From the NCBI GenBank assembly GCA_050942955.1, contig JBMNOG010000001.1, positions 4,347-68,346 on the forward strand: a stretch of DNA of 64,000 nucleotides, in the 5' to 3' direction. Position 1 is the stretch's first letter, and each line of letters begins with the position of its first letter. Below are positions 45,388 to 55,930 of the stretch, piece after piece. A program made the position numbers and the translations under genes. The notes beneath the pieces are model-generated. The model was given only the letters and a program-made list of their open reading frames with translations, was not told where the DNA came from and made no database searches. This DNA comes from Patescibacteria group bacterium (lineage in GTDB: Bacteria > Patescibacteriota > Microgenomatia > UBA1400 > UBA1449).

Positions 45388-45438
45388 GTGGGTTGGATTT
45401 TTATAAAAAATATGACCCACTGTAAGGTGGGTTTTTTT
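45376..45438 (+). promoter_or_regulatory. Transcription attenuator for pheST
   Basis: Segment 1 ACCCGC (45376), segment 2 AGTGGGT (45387), segment 3 ACCCACT (45415), segment 4 GGTGGGT + U-tract; 1:2, 2:3 and 3:4 pairings are mutually exclusive. Confidence 0.8.
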
Positions 45439-45463
45439 GTAACAATTTGATAAGATTAATGAT

Positions 45464-46510
45464 ATGCAAGACCTTCTTGTCTTAAAACTCCAAACTATAG
45501 CCGCTATTGAAGACGCTCAAAATCCCGAAGAACTCGAAGGGATTAGAATCCGGTTTTTAGGGAAAAAAGGGATCTTAAAGGAAGCAATGAAAGAGGTAAC
45601 CATTCTTCCCCCTGAAAAAAGAGCGGCTTTTGGAAGAACCGCCAATCAAGTAAAACAGGAGATTGAAGAGGCTTTAAACCGAAAACTTCGGCAGTTTTCA
45701 AAAGCTCCAGCAAAGAAAGAGTGGGTAGATGTAACGATGCCGGGCATAAAACCACCTGAAGGACATCTTCATTTAGTTACTCAAGCAATTAAAGAGATAG
45801 CCGATATTTTTGAAAAAGTTGGTTTTGTCAGAGTAAGATACCCGGAAGTAGAGTGGGATTGGTTCGCTTTCGAGGCACTAAATATGCCCAAAAACCATCC
45901 AGCTAGAGATGAATGGGAGACTCTGTTTGTGGAAACTAAGCCTCATCCTAAATATGGCAAAATGGTGCTGACTCCTCATACTTCCAGCGGCCAAGTAAGG
46001 GAAATGCAGCGGGTAGGAAAACCTCCTATCAGAATGATTAACATTGCCAAGTGCTACAGAAGGCAACAGGATATAACTCACGCCATTATGTTTCATCAGT
46101 TTGAAGGACTAGTCATTGATAAAGGCATTTCGATTGCCCACCTTAAAGGCACATTAGATTATTTTGCCCGGTCTTTTTATGGACCTAACCGCAAAACCAG
46201 ACTACGGCCTTTTCATTTTCAGTTTACAGAACCATCGTTTGAAGTGGATATTAACTGCGCAGTTTGTCTTGGCACAGGTATGGTTAACGGCAAAAAGTGC
46301 CGGACCTGCAAACAAGGCTGGCTTGAACTGGGAGGTGCTGGGATGGTTCATCCTAATGTCCTAAAGGCCGGAGGAATTGATCCAAACAAATACACTGGGT
46401 TTGCTTTTGGCTGGGGAGTCGAGAGGGTATATATGATGCGTTCTGATGTAAGAATAGAAGATATCCGCATTCTTTATGAAAATGATGTACGGTTTTTGGA
46501 ACAGTTTTAA
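45464..46510 (+). CDS. pheS: Phenylalanyl-tRNA synthetase alpha subunit
   Basis: HPARD, HTSSGQ, FHQFEGL, FTEPS.E, GFAFGWGVER. Confidence 0.98.
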   Translation: MQDLLVLKLQTIAAIEDAQNPEELEGIRIRFLGKKGILKEAMKEVTILPPEKRAAFGRTANQVKQEIEEALNRKLRQFSKAPAKKEWVDVTMPGIKPPEGHLHLVTQAIKEIADIFEKVGFVRVRYPEVEWDWFAFEALNMPKNHPARDEWETLFVETKPHPKYGKMVLTPHTSSGQVREMQRVGKPPIRMINIAKCYRRQQDITHAIMFHQFEGLVIDKGISIAHLKGTLDYFARSFYGPNRKTRLRPFHFQFTEPSFEVDINCAVCLGTGMVNGKKCRTCKQGWLELGGAGMVHPNVLKAGGIDPNKYTGFAFGWGVERVYMMRSDVRIEDIRILYENDVRFLEQF

Positions 46511-46556
46511 CTAGTTTTATTTCGACTGTTTACTGTAATAAAGTTAAATCAACAAT

Positions 46557-48587
46557 GTGAATATACAAATTCTTCATTCCTGGTTAACAGAGTACCTTGA
46601 AACCGATGCTTCAGCACCGGTTATCGGTGAGAAATTGGCTCTTTGCGGACCCTCTGTAGAGAAAGTTGAAAAACACGGAAAAGATTGGCTCTACGATATT
46701 GAAATCACCACTAACCGGGTCGATATGATGAGTGTATATGGTATTGCCCGAGAAGCCGCTGCTATTTTGCCTCAATTTGGCTACAAAACCAAACTAAAAC
46801 CTCTAACCTTAAACCGGGAAAAGCTACTTAAAAAAGATGCAGAAAAAACTTTTCCTCTGGCAATTAAAACAAAGAAAGAACTCACTAACAGGGTAATGGC
46901 AGTAATCATGGACAATGTTGAGATAGGAGAATCCCCGGCTTGGATAAAGCAAAGACTCGAAGCGGCAGGCATACGTTCACTTAATACAGTCATTGACGTT
47001 ACTAACTATGTCATGACTGAAATCGGTCACCCAACTCATGTTTTTGATTATGACCGTATTAAATCTCACAGTTTGCAATTTAGGTTATCAAAGAAAGGGG
47101 AGAAGGTAACTACACTAGATGAAAAAACTTATGTGCTTCCGGGTAATGATAGTGTTATTGAAGATAGTAGTGGCACCATTATTGACTTGCCGGGGATTAT
47201 GGGAACAGCTAACAGCGTGGTAACCAAGAAAACCAAGCGGATCATTTTCTTTATTGACAACAACGACCCTATTCTAATGCGCAATACTTCCATGACTTTG
47301 GGGATCCGTACAGTAGCCGCTACCTTAAATGAGAAACAGGTTGATCCTGAACTGGGAGAAGCTGCACTTCTTCGAGGAATTGAACTTTATAGAATGATCT
47401 GTAAAGCTAAAGTCGCCAGCAAACTGTATGATATTTACCTGAAAAAACCTCCAATTCGATTAATTAAAGTATCTCTTGATTTCATCTCAGAGAGACTGGG
47501 GAAAAAGGTCAACGAAAGTTATGTAAGAGATATTCTTACTTCACTTGGTTTTAAAGTCACTAGTCATAACAAATCACACCCTCTGACAGTAAAGGTGCCC
47601 TCTTGGAGAAACCATGATGTCCAAATACCGGAAGACATTGTTGAAGAAGTAGCTCGTATCTACGGGTATTTCAAGTTGCCAAGCTTACTTCCTACTGGAG
47701 AGTTTCCTAAATCCAGCCCTCAAACAGATCAGTTTTACTGGGAAGATATTGCCAAAACTGCTTTAAAATACTGGGGGTATACAGAAAACTACACATATTC
47801 TCTGATATCTGAAGAGTTAATTGAGAAAATCGGGAAAGATACAAAGAACTATTTGGAATTACGAAATCCGCTCACTCTAGAGTGGAGATTCTTACGTCAG
47901 TCACTAATTCCATCTCTTCTGCAGTCCTTAACCAATAATCAGGATAAAAGAGAAAGGTTACAACTATTTGAAATGGCAAACATATACCTACCTCAAAAGG
48001 AGGAGTTACCTCAAGAAATTATGCACCTCGCCTTAGTACGTTTAGGTAAACAATACCTTCAACTTAAAGGAGATATTGAGGGATTGGCTAGTGAGCTTGG
48101 GGTTAGGATAAACTTCAAGCCTGTAGTCTCAAACCCGATCTTAGATACACAAATCCAGGCAGAAATTTTTGTAAACAAAAAGAAGATAGGCTATATCGGC
48201 CAACTTTCTCATCAAATTCAAAAAGCGTTTAATCTAAAAGAGGCTGTTGTAGTTGCCCAGCTCAATTTTGAAAACCTATCATCTTTGGCCAGTAAAAACA
48301 AAATCTATGTGCCTATTCCCAAATACCCCCCCATTATTGAAGACATGACCTTCTTCAATGAGGCAAGGATTCCTGCCGCAAATATCCTGCAAGCAGTAAC
48401 TTCAATAGACCCTATTGTTCGTAGAGTTGAAATCATTGGTGTTTTTGAAAACAAGATTTCTCTCCGGATCACATATCAAAGTCCAAAGAAAAACCTTGCA
48501 ACTGAAGATATTCTGCCACTAAGACAGCAAATTGTTGTGTCTTTGGAGAAACTTGGCTTAATCCTGCAGAGCAACTCTCAACCTTAA
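46557..48587 (+). CDS. pheT: Phenylalanyl-tRNA synthetase beta subunit (short, lacking the B2 OB domain)
   Basis: EITTNRVD..S.YG.ARE, IDVTNYVM.E.G.P.H.FD, VPSWR.D...EDIVEEVARIYGY, LRQSL; 676 aa. Confidence 0.95.
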   Translation: MNIQILHSWLTEYLETDASAPVIGEKLALCGPSVEKVEKHGKDWLYDIEITTNRVDMMSVYGIAREAAAILPQFGYKTKLKPLTLNREKLLKKDAEKTFPLAIKTKKELTNRVMAVIMDNVEIGESPAWIKQRLEAAGIRSLNTVIDVTNYVMTEIGHPTHVFDYDRIKSHSLQFRLSKKGEKVTTLDEKTYVLPGNDSVIEDSSGTIIDLPGIMGTANSVVTKKTKRIIFFIDNNDPILMRNTSMTLGIRTVAATLNEKQVDPELGEAALLRGIELYRMICKAKVASKLYDIYLKKPPIRLIKVSLDFISERLGKKVNESYVRDILTSLGFKVTSHNKSHPLTVKVPSWRNHDVQIPEDIVEEVARIYGYFKLPSLLPTGEFPKSSPQTDQFYWEDIAKTALKYWGYTENYTYSLISEELIEKIGKDTKNYLELRNPLTLEWRFLRQSLIPSLLQSLTNNQDKRERLQLFEMANIYLPQKEELPQEIMHLALVRLGKQYLQLKGDIEGLASELGVRINFKPVVSNPILDTQIQAEIFVNKKKIGYIGQLSHQIQKAFNLKEAVVVAQLNFENLSSLASKNKIYVPIPKYPPIIEDMTFFNEARIPAANILQAVTSIDPIVRRVEIIGVFENKISLRITYQSPKKNLATEDILPLRQQIVVSLEKLGLILQSNSQP

Positions 48588-49024
48588 CGAATCCGGTCAG
48601 AAAGCGCACTCCAAATACTCAACGCTAAAATTATTATCCCTAAAACAATATCATTGGTTCGAGCGACTGCTGTAGTATAGTCCAAAATTGATGGTGCAAA
48701 AATGAGCCAAAGACCGGCCACAGCATTAACCCAACTCAACCAATTTGTCCGAAGTGCACTAAACATTCTCACTAGAGCAACTATACCTACTACAATTCCA
48801 ACAACAAGATCGTTAAGAGCCGCTACTGTACCACCATACCCCAGAATAAAAGGGGCAAGAATTAACCAAATACCTGCTACTAAATTCAAACCACTGGCAG
48901 TAATAGCTTGCCCTTGGGCTGTAGCCATTTCTCCAGTAATAGTCGCTGCTCCACCTTTTCTCCCTCTTTCATTCTCTCTACGTTCCTCTTTTAATTCTTC
49001 TCTACGTTCTTCTCTGTCATCCAT
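48584..49024 (-). CDS. SPW-repeat membrane protein
   Basis: Two N...G.WL..AP.IL.Y repeats; SD-like AAGGTGGTG. Confidence 0.85.
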   Translation of the reverse strand: MDDREERREELKEERRENERGRKGGAATITGEMATAQGQAITASGLNLVAGIWLILAPFILGYGGTVAALNDLVVGIVVGIVALVRMFSALRTNWLSWVNAVAGLWLIFAPSILDYTTAVARTNDIVLGIIILALSIWSALSDRIR

Positions 49025-49148
49025 ACGTTATCACCACCTTTCGCTCTACACTGACCTTTTCTCATAACATAGAGAAACCAGTTAAAAGTTCAATTAGAGG
49101 GAGGTAAGATTTCGGCAAGAAATTGGTTGGATACGCGGTGAGAAAGGA

Positions 49149-49529
49149 TTAGGTAACTATTGTTTTACCACTCTTTTCTTGGGATATACCTAAAGCAATG
49201 TATTCTACAGCTTTGCCTGATAAAGCTTCCATTACATGAACAGCCTTGGCCGGAATAATGACAGCATCACCTTTCTTTAAAATAGTTTTTTCTTCACCAA
49301 CATGTATTTCCGCCTTTCCAGAAATTATGATAAAAATCTCATCCATATCTTCATGGTAGTGAGCTGAAAAAGACTTGCCTGGAGGCAAAAATGACCAGTT
49401 TATCATCTGAAGCCGGCCTTTTCTGATATCCATCTTCTTAAGAAGCACCTTTTTAAGTGAGCCTGGATCTCGGGGATCTTCATGAGACGCCGGAATAAAT
49501 TCTAGGCTTTTACCTCAAATAATTTTAAT
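49149..49529 (-). pseudogene. Cupin-domain gene with damaged 5' end
   Basis: Cupin motifs AHYHEDMDEIF and IPAKAVH; upstream in-frame ATT-AAA-ATT-ATT-TGA-GGT... continues FIPASHEDPRDPGSLKKVLL, suggesting ATG>ATT and CGA>TGA lesions. Confidence 0.65.
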
Positions 49530-49533
49530 GCCG

Positions 49534-52191
49534 TTAGTCTTCATCTGGCTCAGAAGTAGGAGTAGCAGTAGGAGAAGGACTTGGAGTTGGCTCAGTCCAA
49601 TCCCAGGGCTTATTTACCCCAATCTTTATTGTGTGCTCTCCGGTTTTACCATTAGTTGTATATGCTTTGGCTTTAAGGTCATAAACTCCATCATCAAGCC
49701 TTACTGTAGTCTTGTAAGGTTTATCTTTAACAGTACTTATCTTTTCGTCATTAGCAAAAAGTTCAATTTTATCAATGTCACTACTCGTACCAATACGCAG
49801 CCTTACCTCAAACTCGTTAGACAACTCTTCATGATCATTTGGTTTATCGAACCTCACTACTACTTCTTCATTAGTTTCGCAATACTCTGTAGGCGGGTGA
49901 TAACGCGAATCACTTTGGGTAGCTACCCATTCATCAATACCTTTTTGCCATCTATTGTCACTATTTCCAAAGAAAGGATCATCTTCTTTAAAAATGAAGA
50001 ATTCTTTCTCTTCATAGTCACCTTTGGCCACTAACTCCGGAGGAGCTAGTTTGTTTACATCTCCTTTACAAACTTTAAGTTTGACGTGGTATGGATCTTT
50101 ACCTGTCGGAACTGTCCCCTTAATAATTAAAACCTCTTTCGTTGGGAAATCATCATGGGCAGGGTAACCGGTGACTGCATCAAGATGCACAGTCTCAATA
50201 CCACTTGGTATAGTAAATTCAACTACAGGTTTACCGTCCAGTGCAGCTAAGATACTTCTTCTCCAGATAGGTGAGGCACCGGAAATACCTGAAGCTACTG
50301 AAGCCATTTTGGAATTGTCGTTATTACCCACCCATACACCAACAATTACCTGAGGCGTCCAACCGATGGTCCAGTTGTCGCGTTGGTCGTCTGTAGTTCC
50401 TGTCTTAACCGCTACAGTTCTGCCTGGAATATTAAGCAGAGAGTTTGGCCCAAAGGTCAGAAGCCGGGCATTATTATCAGCCAACACATGAGAAATAATA
50501 AAAGCTTCCTGAGGTGTTAAAACTTGTTTGCCTTCAACCTGCTTATGTTCATCCAATACCTTTCCATCTTTATTTATCACTTTAAGAATTGAAACCGGCT
50601 CAACGCGCTTTCCCCCATTAGCAAAGGATGAGTATGCAGTAGTAAGTTCGAGCAACCTAACCTCCCCACCTCCTAAAGTGACAGACAAACCAAGTCTACC
50701 AATATTTTCTTTTGAAGGTTCAAAGGTACTTATTCCCATATCATACCCAACCTGCATCATGTCCTGAACCCCAACCATAGCCAACAATTTAACCGCTGGA
50801 ATATTGAGCGAGCTACCCAAAGCTGCACTCAATGAAACAGGTCCATGAAATTTACCGGTATAATTTTTGGGAACATAAGGCTCACCTGGCTTAACACCTG
50901 GGAATTCCGTTTTTGTATCCATAATCATCGTTTCCTGGGTAAACCCTTCCTTGAGCGCAGTTACATATGTCACAGGTTTAATTGAAGAGCCGGGTTGGCG
51001 CAATGATAAGGCCACATTTACTTTGCCGTCATAGTCTTCAGCAAAATAGTCTTTAGAACCAACCATAGAAAGGATTTCTCCGGTTTGAGGATCAATAGCT
51101 ACAGCACTCCCGTTAGTAATATGATGGCTTTCTTCGACTTTCTCTATCTCTTCAGTAACTGCCTCCTGAATCTTTTTATGAAGTTCATAATCTAAAGTGG
51201 TTTTAACGGTTAAACCTCCCTGTTCAACCAGGTTCTGGCCGTAACGCTCTTCAAGCTGATCTTTAACGTACATAACAAAATGAGGAGCTAAAATACTTCC
51301 TCCAGGAGGGTTAAACTTCACTGTATCCAGATCTTTAATAGCTTGTTCTTCCTGTTCCTTTGAAATATAGCCGTCTTCCCTCATTCTCCGAAGAACGTCC
51401 CTGGTACGTCCTTTGAACGCTTCGGGGTTGGAGCCATAAGGTGAGTAATATGAAGGGCTTTGAGGCATACCCGCCAAGATAGCGCTTTCTATCAAGTTTA
51501 GATCCTGAACATGTTTACCGAAGTATGTCTCAGCCGCCGCTACTACTCCCCAAGCAGTCCCACCATATGGTGCCTCATTGAGATAGATTTGAAGGATTTG
51601 GTCTTTAGTGTAGCGGCGCTCAATCTGGATAGCTAATACCAGCTCTTTGAGTTTACGAGAAAGAGTTCTGTCTGAGGTAAGCAAAACATTTTTAACAGTC
51701 TGCTGAGTAAGGGTTGAACCTCCAATAAGACGCTGTTTGAAAAGAAGATTATAGACAATACGCAAGTATCCCTTAGGATCAAACCCTTCATGACCGTAGA
51801 AATTTTTATCCTCTATAGCAATGGTTGCTAACTTAAGATAATCAGGAACCTGATTAAGTTCAACTGGGATTCTTTTCTCGTCTGCAAACACTTCATAGAG
51901 AAGTACGTCGTTTCTGTCATAAATTTTAGTGGCAAAACCTTCGCGGCGGACAATTTTATCCGGTTGAGGCAGATCTTTAGCATACCACGCAAACGCAGCT
52001 GTGAGAGTAAGGGTGAATAAAAGAAGACCGGCAAAGCAGGCAATAGCGCCATACTTAAACAGTTTGGCTTTATTGAGGTTCCACCTCTTGCCTACAGCCG
52101 CAATACGAGTTCCCGCACTTGACCGGTTCATTTGATACAGCCGTTTTTTCCAGGTTCGTTTCCAAAGTGGACTTCTGCCGAAAATTCCCAT
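49534..52191 (-). CDS. Class A penicillin-binding protein (transglycosylase + transpeptidase + Ig-like domain)
   Basis: EDKNFY.H.GFD, GGSTLTQQ, RKLKE, YLN; QPGSSIKP, SLN, KTGT; start uncertain (52191 or 52353). Confidence 0.94.
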   Translation of the reverse strand: MGIFGRSPLWKRTWKKRLYQMNRSSAGTRIAAVGKRWNLNKAKLFKYGAIACFAGLLLFTLTLTAAFAWYAKDLPQPDKIVRREGFATKIYDRNDVLLYEVFADEKRIPVELNQVPDYLKLATIAIEDKNFYGHEGFDPKGYLRIVYNLLFKQRLIGGSTLTQQTVKNVLLTSDRTLSRKLKELVLAIQIERRYTKDQILQIYLNEAPYGGTAWGVVAAAETYFGKHVQDLNLIESAILAGMPQSPSYYSPYGSNPEAFKGRTRDVLRRMREDGYISKEQEEQAIKDLDTVKFNPPGGSILAPHFVMYVKDQLEERYGQNLVEQGGLTVKTTLDYELHKKIQEAVTEEIEKVEESHHITNGSAVAIDPQTGEILSMVGSKDYFAEDYDGKVNVALSLRQPGSSIKPVTYVTALKEGFTQETMIMDTKTEFPGVKPGEPYVPKNYTGKFHGPVSLSAALGSSLNIPAVKLLAMVGVQDMMQVGYDMGISTFEPSKENIGRLGLSVTLGGGEVRLLELTTAYSSFANGGKRVEPVSILKVINKDGKVLDEHKQVEGKQVLTPQEAFIISHVLADNNARLLTFGPNSLLNIPGRTVAVKTGTTDDQRDNWTIGWTPQVIVGVWVGNNDNSKMASVASGISGASPIWRRSILAALDGKPVVEFTIPSGIETVHLDAVTGYPAHDDFPTKEVLIIKGTVPTGKDPYHVKLKVCKGDVNKLAPPELVAKGDYEEKEFFIFKEDDPFFGNSDNRWQKGIDEWVATQSDSRYHPPTEYCETNEEVVVRFDKPNDHEELSNEFEVRLRIGTSSDIDKIELFANDEKISTVKDKPYKTTVRLDDGVYDLKAKAYTTNGKTGEHTIKIGVNKPWDWTEPTPSPSPTATPTSEPDED

Positions 52192-52404
52192 AGGCAGTAT
52201 GTCATCCAAGAAGTTTGACAGAGAACGGCAAAACTTTCTCCCATTTTCCCTGATATAACTGCTTGCTTGACGCACCTTATTATATCGCACCATACCATAT
52301 TGTGAAAAGAAAGCAAGTAGTTTGTGAAAGGTTTGCCTCATATCTTTCTTCATTTACCCGAATAGAGTTTGCGTATCTTTCTGTCCTCGAGTAAAATGAA
52401 GGCT

Positions 52405-53643
52405 ATGGCAAATATTATCACAAATCCAACCATTATTGATGATTTAATTAACAGAAGAATAAATGAAGCTATTCCAGGAAAAGATGATCTGCTCAAGCGC
52501 TTGCTTTCGGGAGAAAGACTTACAATTTACCAAGGATTTGATCCTACTTCTCCCAATCTCCATATCGGACATTTGGTTGGTATCCTGACACTTAAAAAGT
52601 TTCAAGAATTGGGACATAAGGTTATCTTTCTGATTGGAGACTTTACTGCTACTATAGGCGATCCTACAGGAAAAGATAAAACCCGTACAGCCTTGACCTT
52701 TGAGCAAGTTAGGAATAATGCCCAAACGTATCAGGATCAGATCCAGTCGGTCTTGCACTTTGACGGCGCAAACCCTGCTGCACTGCGTTTCAATAGTGAG
52801 TGGCTTAAGCAAATGGATCTTACTGAGGTTTTAGAGCTAGCTATGGGCTTTACCGCCCAGCAAATGCTGGAAAGAGACATGTTCCAACGCAGACTTCAAG
52901 AAGAAAAACCCATAGGACTGCATGAGTTTTTGTATCCGGTTCTGGTTACCAAAGATGCCCTAGCCATGAATGTAGATATTGAACTGGGAGGCTCAGACCA
53001 ACTATTTAATATGTCTGTGGGACGCAATGTCATTAAATCCCTGACCGGAAAAGATAAAATGGCGATAACCACCCATCTCTTAGTTGATAATACAGGCAAA
53101 AAAATCGGTAAAACTGAGGGAAACGCTATTAACATCAGTGATAAACCGGAAGATCTGTACGGCAAAATCATGAGCCTTTCTGATGAGGCTATAATGCCGT
53201 GTTTTAAACTCATCACTTTGGTACCTACTGAGGAATTGGTTGAAATTGAAAAAGCAGCTAGTCAAAACCCTATGCAGCAGAAGAAGAGGCTTGCTTGGGA
53301 GATTGTGGCTATGCTTCAGGGAAAGAGCAAAGCTGATAAAGCTCAGGAACACTTCGAAAAGACTGTACAGTCAGGTGAAATACCTCAGGAGATGCCGACT
53401 ATTAGAATGGAAAAAGTTGCCAATATTTTCTTAAAAAAAATTGACAATCTAGCAGTTGAAATCCCTGATCTTCTTGTAAGAACACATATGACCCCTTCAA
53501 AATCAGAAGCCAGAAGACTCATTGAGCAGGGGGCAGTAAGAGTTGATGGAGAGGTTGTTAAAGATCTTAAAACAGAAGTGACGTTAAAACCTGGTATGAT
53601 TATTCAAGCTGGCAAAAGAAAGTTTATCAAAATTACCGATTAA
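52405..53643 (+). CDS. tyrS: Tyrosyl-tRNA synthetase
   Basis: GFDPTSPNLHIGH, GDPTG, GGSDQ, KIGKT, C-terminal S4 domain. Confidence 0.97.
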   Translation: MANIITNPTIIDDLINRRINEAIPGKDDLLKRLLSGERLTIYQGFDPTSPNLHIGHLVGILTLKKFQELGHKVIFLIGDFTATIGDPTGKDKTRTALTFEQVRNNAQTYQDQIQSVLHFDGANPAALRFNSEWLKQMDLTEVLELAMGFTAQQMLERDMFQRRLQEEKPIGLHEFLYPVLVTKDALAMNVDIELGGSDQLFNMSVGRNVIKSLTGKDKMAITTHLLVDNTGKKIGKTEGNAINISDKPEDLYGKIMSLSDEAIMPCFKLITLVPTEELVEIEKAASQNPMQQKKRLAWEIVAMLQGKSKADKAQEHFEKTVQSGEIPQEMPTIRMEKVANIFLKKIDNLAVEIPDLLVRTHMTPSKSEARRLIEQGAVRVDGEVVKDLKTEVTLKPGMIIQAGKRKFIKITD

Positions 53644-53646
53644 GTT

Positions 53647-53772
53647 ATGAAAATTCTTTTTTGGAAAGTTAAAAAGAAAAAGATTGGCAGAATTTTAGCT
53701 GTAGCTTTTGCTGTCCTCATGATCATCAGTTTGTTCCTTCCGATGGTTATGCAGACTTTAGGAGCTTTTTAG
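53647..53772 (+). CDS. Small single-TM protein (41 aa) absent from the ORF track
   Basis: MKILFWKVKKKKIGRILAVAFAVLMIISLFLPMVMQTLGAF; fills the tyrS-recG gap. Confidence 0.65.
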   Translation: MKILFWKVKKKKIGRILAVAFAVLMIISLFLPMVMQTLGAF

Positions 53773-53799
53773 TTTACGAGTTAGCTTCCACTCATTCTT

Positions 53800-55842
53800 A
53801 TGGCAATTTCTCTTGAAACCCCCATCCAAGAGCTTTACATGATAGGTGATAAGTATGCCGAAAAGCTGAATAAGTATCTCAATATCCATACAGTCAAAGA
53901 CCTCCTATACCATTTCCCATTCCGCTATGACGACTTAACTACAATAAAAGCTGTATCTGAAGTTAGAGTAGGAGAGACAGTTACTCTAGAAGGTCAGATT
54001 TTAACTCTGAAAAATACCTACACGAGAAGCGGTAAGCAGTTGCAGCAGGGTATTTTTACTGATGGTAAAAGTCCTTTGACAGTGACCTGGTTTAATCAAC
54101 CATACCTTGTTAAAACACTATCTCCAGGGACTAGAGTAAGCCTTGCGGGCACTATTTCCCGTTTTGGCGGCAAAATCGGGTTAACCGCACCGAAGTTTGA
54201 AATCTTAAAATCGCATCCTAAGATTAACACTACTCCTATTCACACCGGCCGCCTGGTACCTGTATATCCGGAAACCTATGAGATTTCTTCAAAATGGCTG
54301 CGGTCCCGTATACAACCTATCTTAAAACAAATTGAGAGTTTGGTAGAGGATTGGCTGCCGGAGGAGATACGCAGTCAGGAACGCTTTCTACCGCTCTCAG
54401 AAGCTCTTAGAAACATCCACTTCCCTAAAACAATTAACGATGCCGAAACTGCTAGAAAACGCCTGGCATTTGATGAACTTTTTCTCCTGCAACTTCAAAT
54501 ACAGCAAAAGAAAAAGGAGTGGCAGCAAACCAAGCTCAGACACAAACTCACAGTTCAGTTTGAAGACTTAACCCCATTTCTAGAAAAATTACCCTTTGAG
54601 CTTACCCAGGATCAAATCAAAGCTATTAAAGATACCATTGATGACTTAAATCAGGAGACCCCAATGAATAGACTTCTTGAGGGTGATGTTGGTAGTGGCA
54701 AAACTGTGGTGGCTGCTGCCGCGATTTACCTCTCTCATCTTAAAAAAGTCAAAGCAGTTTTTATGGCTCCCACTGAGGTCCTAGCTAACCAGCATTTCAA
54801 AACGCTTTCAGAACTTCTTGAACCTCATAATATATCTATAGGTTTTTACACTGGCTCAAAAAAATCTAAAGGAAAACTGGAAGACTATGATGTTTATCTG
54901 GGGACTCATGCCCTTTTGTTTCAAGACTTAGATCATACTCAAATTGGTTTGGTTATCATTGATGAACAGCACCGTTTTGGGGTCGAACAAAGAGCTCGTC
55001 TTCTTGGGGGTACAATCGCACCTCATGTTTTGAGTATGACTGCAACCCCGATTCCCCGTACTGCCGCACTAACTCTCTACGGGGATTTAGCGTTGTCACT
55101 TATTACCACAATGCCTAAAGGTAGAAAGCCGGTCAAGACCTGGTTAGTACCCCATTCTAAGAGACTCTCTGCTTATAGTTGGATAGCCGATCAAGTTCAG
55201 AAACACAAGAGTCAAGCGTACTTCATTTACCCTCTTATTGACCCTTCTGAAAAAACCATGATGACAGAGATAAAAGCAGCTAAAGCTGAGTATGAAAAAC
55301 TAAAAAAACATTTTTCAACTCTAAAGGTTGGACTTCTACATGGCAAGCTAAAATCAAAAGAAAAACAGGAAGTGATGGAGAACTTTGCCAAGCATAAGCT
55401 TGATATTCTGGTAGCAACATCAGTTATTGAAGTAGGGATTGACGTGGCCAATGCCAGCATTATTGTTATTGAAGGAGCAGATCGGTTTGGTTTGAGTCAG
55501 CTTCACCAGCTAAGAGGTAGAGTAGGTAGGGGAGATCAGCAGTCATACTGCCTTCTTTTTAGTAGTACAGACGGCAGTAGTAACCGAAGACTGAAAGCTA
55601 TGGAAACTATTCAGTCAGGTATTGAGCTGGCAGAGCTGGATTTAAAACTGCGGGGACCTGGAGAGCTTTACGGCACTATGCAATCAGGGTTTCTGGACTT
55701 AAAGCTAGCATCTTTTAACGATAAAGAGCTTATTGACAAGACTTACCGCTGCGCCAGCAACTTCATTTCCCGGATTTCGGAGTTTCCTCTCTTGCATAAG
55801 AGGCTAACCAGTTGTACAATCGGCAACATAAAACCTAACTAA
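53800..55842 (+). CDS. recG: ATP-dependent DNA helicase RecG
   Basis: RLLEGDVGSGKT, DEQHRFGV.QR, MTATPIPRT, FGLSQLHQLRGRVGRG, RGPGE. Confidence 0.98.
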   Translation: MAISLETPIQELYMIGDKYAEKLNKYLNIHTVKDLLYHFPFRYDDLTTIKAVSEVRVGETVTLEGQILTLKNTYTRSGKQLQQGIFTDGKSPLTVTWFNQPYLVKTLSPGTRVSLAGTISRFGGKIGLTAPKFEILKSHPKINTTPIHTGRLVPVYPETYEISSKWLRSRIQPILKQIESLVEDWLPEEIRSQERFLPLSEALRNIHFPKTINDAETARKRLAFDELFLLQLQIQQKKKEWQQTKLRHKLTVQFEDLTPFLEKLPFELTQDQIKAIKDTIDDLNQETPMNRLLEGDVGSGKTVVAAAAIYLSHLKKVKAVFMAPTEVLANQHFKTLSELLEPHNISIGFYTGSKKSKGKLEDYDVYLGTHALLFQDLDHTQIGLVIIDEQHRFGVEQRARLLGGTIAPHVLSMTATPIPRTAALTLYGDLALSLITTMPKGRKPVKTWLVPHSKRLSAYSWIADQVQKHKSQAYFIYPLIDPSEKTMMTEIKAAKAEYEKLKKHFSTLKVGLLHGKLKSKEKQEVMENFAKHKLDILVATSVIEVGIDVANASIIVIEGADRFGLSQLHQLRGRVGRGDQQSYCLLFSSTDGSSNRRLKAMETIQSGIELAELDLKLRGPGELYGTMQSGFLDLKLASFNDKELIDKTYRCASNFISRISEFPLLHKRLTSCTIGNIKPN

Positions 55843-55930
55843 TAGGGGTAGATTTTTATTGGATTAAGCAAAAGGAGAGATTAAGGTAAACAGTATTTAT
55901 AATACATTACTTTAACTTTATACTAACACT

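Noticed and set aside
49515-49517. In-frame TGA as a sign of genetic code 25 or selenocysteine
   Set aside because: TGA ends bona fide genes here (e.g. 3658, 16525, 37491) and long conserved genes have no internal TGA
49528-50034. 168-aa antisense ORF, and the many other short antisense or nested ORFs in the track
   Set aside because: They lie within or opposite well-supported genes, have no recognisable motifs and are expected shadow ORFs
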